The notes: generated from the sequence alone by a model not told the origin. Shown: positions 1 through 6,188, numbered from the stretch's first letter. The stretch is DNA of 16,535 bases from Alphaproteobacteria bacterium (GCA_016288295.1 JAEEYV010000009.1:1-16535), one strand, 5' to 3'. Numbers and translations: made by a program.

Positions 1-369
1 AACATCCGTTGGGGTTCGGACTGGAAAGGATTAAAAAAGGACGGGAAACAGCAAGACCCGTCCTTTTGTGTATTTGAAACACCGGAATACGGTATCCGGG
101 CGTTGGCCAAATTACTTCGTAACTATCAGCGGCTCTATGGCCTGAACACGCCTTACCGGATAATCAGCCGGTACGCACCACCAACCGAAAACGAAACGGT
201 TTCGTATATTGACAGCGTGTCCTGGCAGTTAAACATCACTCCGGACACACCGGTCGACCTTTCGGAAGATGGTGTTTTGATGGTCTTTATTAAGGCAATC
301 CTCAGACATGAAAACGGCATACAACCATACTCTAATGAAACTCTATTGAAAGGAATACAAATGGCATGA
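1..369 (+). CDS. 3' part of a phage lysis-module gene, putative endolysin / lytic-transglycosylase-like protein (5' end outside the window)
   Basis: Frame 1 is open from base 1 (NIRWGSDWKGLKKDGKQQDPSFCVFETPEYGIRALAKLL...), so the TTG at 103 in the ORF track is probably not the real start. The stop TGA 367-369 overlaps the ATG of the next gene (ATGA). From memory, the GIRA...L..Y...YAP..EN pattern belongs to a family often annotated 'structural protein P5' (phi6 P5-type lytic enzyme). Its position directly upstream of a holin and spanins fits a lysin. Not verified by search. Confidence 0.45.
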   Translation, partial: NIRWGSDWKGLKKDGKQQDPSFCVFETPEYGIRALAKLLRNYQRLYGLNTPYRIISRYAPPTENETVSYIDSVSWQLNITPDTPVDLSEDGVLMVFIKAILRHENGIQPYSNETLLKGIQMA

Positions 370-584
370 AAAAGCGGCTTTGGATCCCGGTCCTCGGGTG
401 GATCCTGTGTTACGGGTTCCTCCATAACTGCCTGATCGCACCTATAACGGGGCTTCCGGTAGTGGACTGGGAGTATTTATTAACGGCCATGGGCATTTTA
501 CTCGGTGTCAGTGGCGTACGAGATATTGGGTTAAAGGAAAGGAAAACACAAGATGTGGTATCAAATAACAAACCTTTGGAATAA
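366..584 (+). CDS. holin-like small membrane protein (two predicted TM helices)
   Basis: 72 aa with two hydrophobic stretches (IPVLGWILCYGFLHNCLIAPI and YLLTAMGILLGVSGV) and a charged C-terminus. ATGA start/stop overlap with the upstream lysin-like gene. Sits between the lysin and the spanins. Confidence 0.5.
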   Translation: MKKRLWIPVLGWILCYGFLHNCLIAPITGLPVVDWEYLLTAMGILLGVSGVRDIGLKERKTQDVVSNNKPLE

Positions 585-774
585 AGGCAAATACTGGATA
601 ATCGCCGGAGCGGTGGCCGTTTTATACATACTCGGCTACCGGCGCGGCAAGGAAAAAGAACAAGTGAAAGTAATGAAAGGAACGGTGGACAATGTCAAAA
701 CGGCTAAAAGAAGTCGGGATAGCCTGGCTGATCCTGAGCGCGTTAAGCGGTTGCACAACAAATATAAACGGTGA
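553..774 (+). CDS. i-spanin-like protein (Rz-like, N-terminal TM anchor plus charged periplasmic tail)
   Basis: 73 aa with an N-terminal TM (YWIIAGAVAVLYILGY) followed by a highly charged K/R/E-rich segment. AAGGAAAGGAAA RBS about 7 nt upstream of the ATG. Its 3' end overlaps, out of frame, a lipoprotein gene, which is the classic overlapped spanin layout. Shorter than typical i-spanins. Confidence 0.45.
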   Translation: MWYQITNLWNKGKYWIIAGAVAVLYILGYRRGKEKEQVKVMKGTVDNVKTAKRSRDSLADPERVKRLHNKYKR

Positions 775-886
775 TTTTTGCCTTTTATACGAACCGGTGT
801 ATGCAGATTATGAGCATGACACCCCCGAAACCATTCATCAAATTGACAGGAATAATGTAGTTTATGACGATTTATGCACGAAATAA
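692..886 (+). CDS. o-spanin-like outer-membrane lipoprotein (Rz1-like)
   Basis: 64 aa with the signal peptide MSKRLKEVGIAWLILSALSG|C and an L-S-G-C lipobox. The mature ~43-aa peptide has a C-terminal Cys (DDLCTK). It starts inside the 553..774 gene in another frame. Confidence 0.6.
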   Translation: MSKRLKEVGIAWLILSALSGCTTNINGDFCLLYEPVYADYEHDTPETIHQIDRNNVVYDDLCTK

Positions 887-895
887 TAGATTTTA

Positions 896-924
896 TTTGA
901 CTTTTCTTTGGAAAATGGCTCAAA
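896..924 (+). promoter_or_regulatory. possible sigma70-type promoter for the HU gene
   Basis: TTGACT (896-901), 17-bp spacer, TCAAAT (919-924), about 60 nt upstream of the ATG at 984. The -10 matches only 4/6. Confidence 0.3.
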
Positions 925-983
925 TCATAAGTGGAGGAGTCATGAGCCTCCGTAAACTTAACGTTAAGAAAGGAAAATTAAAC

Positions 984-1256
984 ATGAATAAAACTGAATT
1001 TGTTGAAGCAGTTGCTAAAACATCTGGTTTAACCAAAGCCGATGCCGGTCGTGCTGTTGCCGCCGCCATCGAAGTCGTTACAAAAGCCTTGAAAAAAGGT
1101 GATGCAGTTCAAATCACTGGTTTCGGTACATTTGGCGTTGCTAAACGCGCCGCTCGTAAAGGCCGCAACCCTGCAACCGGAAAAGAAATTAAGATTGCCG
1201 CTTCTAAGGCTCCTAAGTTCAAAGCCGGTGCAGTTCTGAAAAAAGCTGTAAAATAA
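984..1256 (+). CDS. hup: HU/IHF-family histone-like DNA-binding protein
   Basis: The 90-aa product MNKTEFVEAVAKTSGLTKADAGRAVAAAIEVVTKALKKGDAVQITGFGTFGVAKRAARKGRNPATGKEIKIAASKAPKFKAGAVLKKAV is an unmistakable HU fold signature (GFGTF...R.GRNP.TGE.I.I....P.FK.G..LK). AAAGGAAA RBS upstream of the ATG at 984. The 864 start in the ORF track would add a non-HU extension. Confidence 0.9.
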   Translation: MNKTEFVEAVAKTSGLTKADAGRAVAAAIEVVTKALKKGDAVQITGFGTFGVAKRAARKGRNPATGKEIKIAASKAPKFKAGAVLKKAVK

Positions 1257-1276
1257 GCCAAATTTGTCTTAATATA

Positions 1277-1307
1277 CCTCACAGGTTCTATCCCGTGAGG
1301 TTTTTTT
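1277..1307 (+). terminator. Rho-independent terminator after the HU gene
   Basis: CCTCAC(A)GG (1277-1285) pairs with CC(C)GTGAGG (1292-1300), followed by a T7 run (1301-1307), 21 nt after the stop codon. Confidence 0.8.
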
Positions 1308-1308
1308 G

Positions 1309-1337
1309 TTGCATTTTAATCTGCCATGGGTTATAAT
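1309..1337 (+). promoter_or_regulatory. near-consensus sigma70 promoter
   Basis: TTGCAT (1309-1314), exactly 17 bp, TATAAT (1332-1337). It lies immediately after the HU terminator and about 250 nt upstream of the next start codon. Confidence 0.55.
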
Positions 1338-1344
1338 GACCGAG

Positions 1345-1595
1345 CTTGGTTAGTTATGCCCAATCAGGCTAGGATTCGATAAATCCGATTATCAGTATGG
1401 GCAGAAGGTATTTCTGTCGGCATCCGCCATGGATACGCCGAAAGATTGTGTTAGTTCATGGGTGGATGCCTGCCGAATAAGGTATCCACCCCAATAAGGC
1501 AGGACTATTTCTCATACTGATAATAGTTTATCGACATCCACCCGCCTCATCACAGGTGGGTAAATTGTTGATATGGGGCGTATGAAGGGTGGATC
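1345..1595 (+). promoter_or_regulatory. long structured 5' leader or cis-regulatory RNA candidate with an SD-sequestering alternative helix
   Basis: No ORF. A 12-bp perfect closing stem, ATTATCAGTATG (1388-1399) / CATACTGATAAT (1513-1524), encloses hairpins 1400-1406/1412-1418, 1419-1428/1461-1470 and 1469-1474/1498-1503. The 8-mer GGGTGGAT (1460-1467, 1587-1594) and its complement ATCCACCC (1484-1491, 1536-1543) each occur twice. The last GGGTGGAT is the Shine-Dalgarno region of the ATG at 1596. Confidence 0.45.
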
Positions 1596-2036
1596 ATGGG
1601 CAAGATATGCTCGTTTTTTGGACACAGTCATTTATATGGACAATCAGAAAGTATTGTCCATCAATTAAGGCAAATCATTATCAATTTAATTGGAAAAGGC
1701 GTTGATACCTTTTACGTTGGCAATCATGGTGAGTTTGATATTTTTGCCAGCCGGGTAGCCTATGATCTGAAAAGTTTATATCCTAACATCCAAATCATTG
1801 TTGTTTTATGTTATCCAAATGAGTTGCAATACTTAAAATGTGCCTTCACGGATTTTTTGATGCCTCCGGAAATAGAAGCGGCCCCCAAACGGGCTTGCAT
1901 TGTAACTCGCAATCATTGGGTTGCTGATAATTCTGACTACATCGTCTGCTTTATCAAATACAAAATGGGTGGAGCCTATGCGGCTATCGAATACGCCCAA
2001 AAGCACCATAAACAGATTATAGAGGTGAGAGCATGA
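1596..2036 (+). CDS. SLOG-superfamily protein, DUF1273/YpsA-like
   Basis: 146 aa. The pattern FFGHS...(helix)...G.DTFYVGNHGEFDIFASRVAYDLKSLYPNIQIIVVLCYPNE matches my recollection of the DUF1273 layout (GHR..., G.D.wa...v..LK..yP.i.L..v.P). The RBS GAAGGGTGGA ends 2 nt before the ATG (1586-1593, ATG at 1596). Confidence 0.55.
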   Translation: MGKICSFFGHSHLYGQSESIVHQLRQIIINLIGKGVDTFYVGNHGEFDIFASRVAYDLKSLYPNIQIIVVLCYPNELQYLKCAFTDFLMPPEIEAAPKRACIVTRNHWVADNSDYIVCFIKYKMGGAYAAIEYAQKHHKQIIEVRA

Positions 2037-2143
2037 ACCAAGCAGGCATACGTCACATTTGGGCTGAACGGTTGACTTCGCAAGGGAAGACGGATAAAAT
2101 TGGCCCGGTAAAAACTCATAAAGAATGGTGTAAACATGCGTAA
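2033..2143 (+). CDS. possible 36-aa micro-ORF bridging the SLOG gene and the avd-like gene
   Basis: ATG 2033 overlaps the SLOG stop (ATGA). It encodes MNQAGIRHIWAERLTSQGKTDKIGPVKTHKEWCKHA. Its TAA (2141-2143) overlaps the ATG at 2136 of the next ORF. There is no homology evidence; only the coupling geometry supports it. Confidence 0.2.
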   Translation: MNQAGIRHIWAERLTSQGKTDKIGPVKTHKEWCKHA

Positions 2144-2699
2144 AGATCAAGTCAGTCGTAATCAAAGAATTCATATGCCCAGGAAGGTAGAAAACGTTTC
2201 GGGGCAATTAATGCTACCTGTGGATGTTGCTTCTGTGAAGCAAGCATTTGCAACAGCTAATGACAAACGATTTAAATATGCTGATGCGCTGGATCAAGCA
2301 ACCAAAGAAGATCCGGAATTGCATCAAATTTCAACAATTCCAAGCGATTCAAGCGAATTAATTGTTATAACGAAACTTAAAAAACTGGGGGCTTATATTC
2401 TAGCCGTGACGGTTAAATCGCCGGCCAAATTTAGACCTGTTTTTATCAATCGGATGCAAAATTACAGCTTGTCGGCTTTGGAAAATTTATTGAATGCTAA
2501 TTTTATTCGGATGGATAGCCCCGAACATAAAGCCCAGCGAGAAAAGCATCAAACGGATGCACTCATTCAGTTAAAAATGGTGGCATATGTTGCAATGCTG
2601 TCGGAAAATGCAAAGTGTATTTTGATGAGACAGTATAAACAAATATCCATTCAGGTTGGTGAAATTATTAACCTGATTATGGCATGGAAAAAAAAGTGA
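2136..2699 (+). CDS. avd: Avd-like DGR accessory variability determinant (four-helix-bundle protein) with an N-terminal extension; start uncertain (2136, 2175 or 2211)
   Basis: The C-terminal ~115 aa (LKKLGAYILAVTVKSPAKFRPVFINRMQNYSLSALENLLNAN ... ISIQVGEIINLIMAWKKK) shows the helical, basic Avd/bAvd pattern, including the terminal ...G.ml..W.k motif. It lies immediately 5' of the TR and upstream of a DGR RT, the canonical avd position. Confidence 0.65.
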   Translation: MRKDQVSRNQRIHMPRKVENVSGQLMLPVDVASVKQAFATANDKRFKYADALDQATKEDPELHQISTIPSDSSELIVITKLKKLGAYILAVTVKSPAKFRPVFINRMQNYSLSALENLLNANFIRMDSPEHKAQREKHQTDALIQLKMVAYVAMLSENAKCILMRQYKQISIQVGEIINLIMAWKKK

Positions 2700-2769
2700 T
2701 GATAAACAATGGCAAACAAAAAAGTTTTGAATCCGAAAGGGTCAAAAGAGGGAAAGTTGATAATGCGTA

Positions 2770-2890
2770 TTGTGCCTCTTGGTCCGCGTCTTCAAATGAA
2801 AATGAAAACGTGCGTTGCGTCAACTATAAGGGCGATAAGAACTGGAATAACACGAATAAACGTAAAATCTCGGCGCGCCCCGATTTGCTT
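2770..2890 (+). repeat. DGR template repeat (TR), 121 bp
   Basis: Aligns without gaps to 4396-4516 (offset +1626) with 101/121 identities. 16 of the 20 mismatches are at TR adenines. In the VR reading frame the TR carries 8 AAY (Asn) codons. It ends in a shared G/C-only core, GGCGCGCCCCG (2872-2882). Confidence 0.9.
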
Positions 2891-3143
2891 TTAAGGAGAA
2901 CAACAAAATGTGGTCGGCAAAGACACAGATCTCTGAAACAAGCCAGATATGTGGATTTTAGAAAAAATCCGCCCGTGCTTAAAGCAAAGGAAACTTTCTC
3001 TTTTCTAACCGCTGTCAGCTTAATGCTCAGTGCGGTGGAAGAAGTAAAAATGCAAAGTTTGCGTTTTATGGGGTATCACATATATTGACACGTCTTGTTT
3101 TAATATATTATCGGGTACCCCTTTTTTACAACAAAAGAGAACG
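2891..3143 (+). other. TR-RT spacer region of the DGR RNA (non-coding, structured)
   Basis: 253 nt between the TR and the RT start. Hairpin GGATTTT-AGAA-AAAATCC (2953-2970). Long hairpin GGGGTA..ATATATT / AATATAT..TACCCC (3070-3121) followed by T6 (3122-3127), 16 nt before the RT ATG. Confidence 0.5.
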
Positions 3144-4193
3144 ATGAAGATAGAAGAGATATTTACATTTGAAAACTTGGTTGCGGCCCACAAAGCATGT
3201 CGGCTGAGTAAGCAACATAAACGGGGAACAATCATGTTTGAAATTGAATTGGGGCGTAATGTCACCAATCTGGTCAAACAATTGACGGCTAGAACATATC
3301 GTTTAAGTCCTTACAGATCCTTTACCATTTATGATCCGAAGAAAAGATTAATTGAAGCGTTACCCTACAAAGACAGAGTGGTTTTAATGTGCTTTTGTCA
3401 GCATTCGGTAGCTCCCCGGCTAGAGAGACACCTGATTTATGACAATGCCGCTTCACGCAAAGAAAAAGGAACGCATTTTGCGGTAGAGAGATTGCATTCA
3501 TTTATGCGAAAGCTGTACATCAAAAACAAAACAAATCGGATTTATTTTTTGAAATGCGATATCAGGAAATATTTTCAAAGCATCAATCATGAGATTTTAT
3601 TGGAACTGTTGGCCAAGACCGGTTTTTCGGCTGATGAGATGTGGTTTTTAAGGATGATCATTGAATCACACGGTTCCATCGGGTTGCCTTTGGGTAATCA
3701 GACCAGCCAATGGTTTGCCTTGCTTTATTTGAACGGAATGGACCGGCTGATTAAAGAACGTTTGCGTATGTCCTGTTATGTGCGCTATATGGATGATTTT
3801 GTTGTCCTAAGCGAAGATAAAGCCAAATTACAGCTGTGTAGAAAGCAAATTGATGAATATGTCAAAGGATTAAAGCTGTCCTTAAATCAAAAGACACAAA
3901 TCGGGCTGTTATCGGATGGTATTGATTTTTTGGGATTTAACCACAAATTATCGGCCACCGGTAAGATTATCAAATCTTTGCGTGGATCGGCCAAAAGCCG
4001 CCAAAGAAAATACCTGAAAACCATCCGTCATTACTATTTGAATGATGTCCTGGATGATGAGTACCTAGACGTCCGTTTAGCCTCGTTTCGCGGGCATTTA
4101 AAGGGGACTAAGAACTGGATCCATATCAGCAACCGCTTGGCTTCCTTAAAACACGAGAAACGCCGTACAAAAAAAATTGTTGCAGAACAATAA
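3144..4193 (+). CDS. DGR-type reverse transcriptase
   Basis: 349 aa. The RT motifs include IYDPKKRLIEALPYKDRVV, the DGR-diagnostic motif-4 LGNQTSQ (aa 183-189, nt 3690-3710) followed by WFALLYLNGMD, and the catalytic YMDD (nt 3786-3797). There is no maturase/X or endonuclease domain and no retron-type motifs. A TR/VR pair flanks the gene. Confidence 0.9.
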   Translation: MKIEEIFTFENLVAAHKACRLSKQHKRGTIMFEIELGRNVTNLVKQLTARTYRLSPYRSFTIYDPKKRLIEALPYKDRVVLMCFCQHSVAPRLERHLIYDNAASRKEKGTHFAVERLHSFMRKLYIKNKTNRIYFLKCDIRKYFQSINHEILLELLAKTGFSADEMWFLRMIIESHGSIGLPLGNQTSQWFALLYLNGMDRLIKERLRMSCYVRYMDDFVVLSEDKAKLQLCRKQIDEYVKGLKLSLNQKTQIGLLSDGIDFLGFNHKLSATGKIIKSLRGSAKSRQRKYLKTIRHYYLNDVLDDEYLDVRLASFRGHLKGTKNWIHISNRLASLKHEKRRTKKIVAEQ

Positions 4194-4208
4194 ATTGTAT
4201 GATATACT
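4177..4208 (+). promoter_or_regulatory. possible extended -10 promoter in front of the target gene
   Basis: TGATATACT (4200-4208; TGn + TATACT) with a weak -35, TTGCAG (4180-4185), at 17-bp spacing. A strong RBS, AGGAGG (4227-4232), precedes the ATG at 4238. Confidence 0.3.
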
Positions 4209-4237
4209 GGGAGTATAAGCTAAATTAGGAGGTTCAT

Positions 4238-6187
4238 ATGGACTTTACGTTTTTGAAGGAAGATCAGATATGGGGCGATGATGCCCTGGATGTCATGAAA
4301 CGTTATGGCACGAAGGTTGCGCCAACGGATCTGACAGTCATATTGGGTGGTTATATGACCGGTGGTGGTGATCGTACTTCTGAAGATGATCTAACTTGTG
4401 CCTCTTGGTCCGCGTCTTCAAATGGGACTGGACGCGTGCGTTGCGTCAACTGTGAGGGCGATAAGAGCTGGGATAACACGGGGGAACGTGGAATCCTGGC
4501 GCGCCCCGCTTTGCCTCCATCGGAGGCATCTAAAATCAGCCCGAGCGAAGCGAGGGCTATCGCTGGAATCCGCGTAGCGGAATATGGGGAATACCCGCAA
4601 ACGGTCGCCGATGAACGCACCAGTGCAAAATTAGAAAGATTACATGATTCAAGATCTCTCCATCCGACCGGAAAAAATTACACATTTGATTCAGTTGGTT
4701 TAACCGATTATGACACGTCTTTTAAGGCCACATCCTATCAGGAATATGAAATGGATGGCAAAAGGTATATCCGCGTTCCTGGACGGCCTGCTGACGACGA
4801 TAGCAAGCTATCTACCGGGGAACAGGTAGAGTCCGGAAAACCCTACTGGGTTGAGGTCCAGCCGATAGAATGGCTGATGGATAGAAGCGGCACAATGGTC
4901 GCCAAAAAATGCTTATTCGCCGGTATTCAATTTGATACAAAGAGCTCATATGACGGTGACTTCTCTAAAACGTCCATGAAGCACTATTTGGACACTTATT
5001 TTGCCAAAGAAATGGAGCCGACCGGACGTGTAGCCGCAAGAACGGTATCAAGAGACTATGAAGAAGAGCCGGAAAGAAAAGAACCCGTTAAAAAGAAAGA
5101 ACCGACAGCCAGACAGAAGAAATACGGGATCAAGGTATCTGATGAGCCTATGCCCGTCAAGGACCAAATAAACTTCTATATTCAAAACGGAATGAGCTTC
5201 ATGCTCCATGGCCCGTCCGGTGTCGGTAAATCACAACGTGTGAAAGAAATTGATCCGGATTTGACCTCAATTACGCTGTGTAACGGAATTTTGCCTGAAG
5301 ATGTTATCGGTAAAACAATCTATCCAAACGGCGTGGGAGCCGATGGGGCCTCCGGTGGTGTTTGGGTGCCGCCTAAGTGGTACACGGATTTGTGCAGAAA
5401 ATGCGAAACAGAACCGGACAAACAGCACGTCTTGTTTATCGATGAAGTGACCAATGCGCGTGAAACAACACAAAGTTTGATCTATCACGTAGCGTTGGAA
5501 AAATCAATTGCCCAGGGCGTTGGCAAACTGCCTAATAATGCTGTGGTCGTGTTGGCCGGTAACAGCAAGGAAGAATCAGGAGCCGCTTATAACATGCCGG
5601 CCCCGTTGTTCAGACGTTTAAGCCATATTTACTTGGACTTGAATATTCAGGATTGGTTGGAATGGGGTTCAGAACACAGCAAGAGCCATCCGGAGGATCC
5701 GGATCGCTTAAACATCCATCCGTTAGTCGCCAGTTTTGTGGCAACCTACGGACGGCAAGTGTTCTATTCCGAGTATGATGAAGAAAACCCCGGTAAGTTT
5801 GCTCTTGACCCACGAAAATGGGAAAAGGTATCAGATAAAATCTATGCTAATAAGGGTGTGATGCGCCGTGAGATTTTGGAAGCTGATATCGGGCCTGAAT
5901 TGGCGGCCAGTTTATTGTCATATGCTAAAAATCCGCCGCTATCTTTGGAAGAAGTGATTGATGGCGAATATACCCGCGAGGATATTCCTACGGGGCAGGA
6001 TGCCCGTTTGGCGTTGGCGTTGAGTTTGCGTCATGCAACACCGAAACAAGTCGGGAAAGTACGTCAATTTGTTGAAACACAGTTAGGCGCAGAAAATCGT
6101 GCGATTTTTGACTCTGTTTGGGTGGGCAAGGATGATACACGCGCCATGCAGATCGCCACTCTACATAACTTAAAGGGAGGAAGATAA
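4238..6187 (+). CDS. DGR target protein: N-terminal variable ligand-binding-type domain fused to a MoxR/AAA_5-type ATPase
   Basis: 649 aa with no signal peptide or TM. The N-terminal ~270 aa contain the VR (aa 53-93). They also carry motifs resembling the W..RS...V...G....(V/A)RPAL and IEW..(L/M)D modules of DUF6273-like/lectin-like domains. The C-terminal half has Walker A GPSGVGKS (nt 5210-5233), Walker B VLFIDE (5429-5446) followed by VTNA (compare the MoxR DEINRA), sensor-1-like VVVLAGNS, and APLFRRL (compare MoxR ..LDRF). Confidence 0.85.
   Translation: MDFTFLKEDQIWGDDALDVMKRYGTKVAPTDLTVILGGYMTGGGDRTSEDDLTCASWSASSNGTGRVRCVNCEGDKSWDNTGERGILARPALPPSEASKISPSEARAIAGIRVAEYGEYPQTVADERTSAKLERLHDSRSLHPTGKNYTFDSVGLTDYDTSFKATSYQEYEMDGKRYIRVPGRPADDDSKLSTGEQVESGKPYWVEVQPIEWLMDRSGTMVAKKCLFAGIQFDTKSSYDGDFSKTSMKHYLDTYFAKEMEPTGRVAARTVSRDYEEEPERKEPVKKKEPTARQKKYGIKVSDEPMPVKDQINFYIQNGMSFMLHGPSGVGKSQRVKEIDPDLTSITLCNGILPEDVIGKTIYPNGVGADGASGGVWVPPKWYTDLCRKCETEPDKQHVLFIDEVTNARETTQSLIYHVALEKSIAQGVGKLPNNAVVVLAGNSKEESGAAYNMPAPLFRRLSHIYLDLNIQDWLEWGSEHSKSHPEDPDRLNIHPLVASFVATYGRQVFYSEYDEENPGKFALDPRKWEKVSDKIYANKGVMRREILEADIGPELAASLLSYAKNPPLSLEEVIDGEYTREDIPTGQDARLALALSLRHATPKQVGKVRQFVETQLGAENRAIFDSVWVGKDDTRAMQIATLHNLKGGR
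4396..4516 (+). repeat. DGR variable repeat (VR) inside the target gene
   Basis: Counterpart of TR 2770-2890. TR adenines are replaced by G (13 times) or C (3 times). It encodes ...CASWSASSNGTGRVRCVNCEGDKSWDNTGERGILARPAL..., versus the TR-frame ...CASWSASSNENENVRCVNYKGDKNWNNTNKRKISARPDL... Confidence 0.9.
4513..4527 (+). other. short GC-rich hairpin at the 3' boundary of the VR (candidate homing-enhancing hairpin)
   Basis: GCCTCC-ATC-GGAGGC is a perfect 6-bp stem with a 3-nt loop. It starts 5 nt after the G/C-only core GGCGCGCCCCG (4498-4508). It is absent from the TR side, where the sequence diverges after 2890. Confidence 0.5.
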
Positions 6188-6188
6188 A

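Noticed and set aside
153-923. Minus-strand ORFs 153..425 and 636..923
   Set aside because: They are antisense to the tightly coupled plus-strand lysis cassette. They have no RBS and implausible composition.
864-983. N-terminal extension of the HU gene (ORF-track start at 864, 130 aa)
   Set aside because: HU proteins are ~90 aa and the canonical MNKTEF... start at 984 has its own RBS. The extension (MTIYARNNRFYLTFLWKMAQ...) overlaps the o-spanin 3' end and the putative promoter.
1345-1595. tRNA, tmRNA, CRISPR leader/array or known riboswitch in the structured intergenic region
   Set aside because: There is no cloverleaf with T-loop/anticodon geometry and no regularly spaced direct repeats with unique spacers. 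I could find no conserved cores of riboswitch classes I know (TPP, FMN, SAM, cobalamin, ykkC, ZTP, T-box, c-di-GMP). It is kept only as an unclassified structured leader.
2684-3088. 134-aa ORF (and the nested 61-aa ORF 2709..2894) covering the TR and spacer, whose product resembles part of the 649-aa protein
   Set aside because: The similarity (CASWSASSNENENVRCVN...) exists only because the TR is a nucleotide copy of the VR in the same frame. Outside 2770-2890 the ORF is lysine/asparagine-rich junk, has no RBS and overlaps the avd stop. TRs are non-coding templates.
3144-4193. Retron, group II intron or defence-associated (UG/Abi/DRT) reverse transcriptase
   Set aside because: The LGNQTSQ motif and the flanking TR/VR pair with A-specific mismatches are DGR hallmarks. 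There is no maturase/X domain or intron RNA domains, and no retron msr/msd-like inverted repeats immediately upstream. The structured region at 1345-1595 is 1.5 kb away, separated by two genes.
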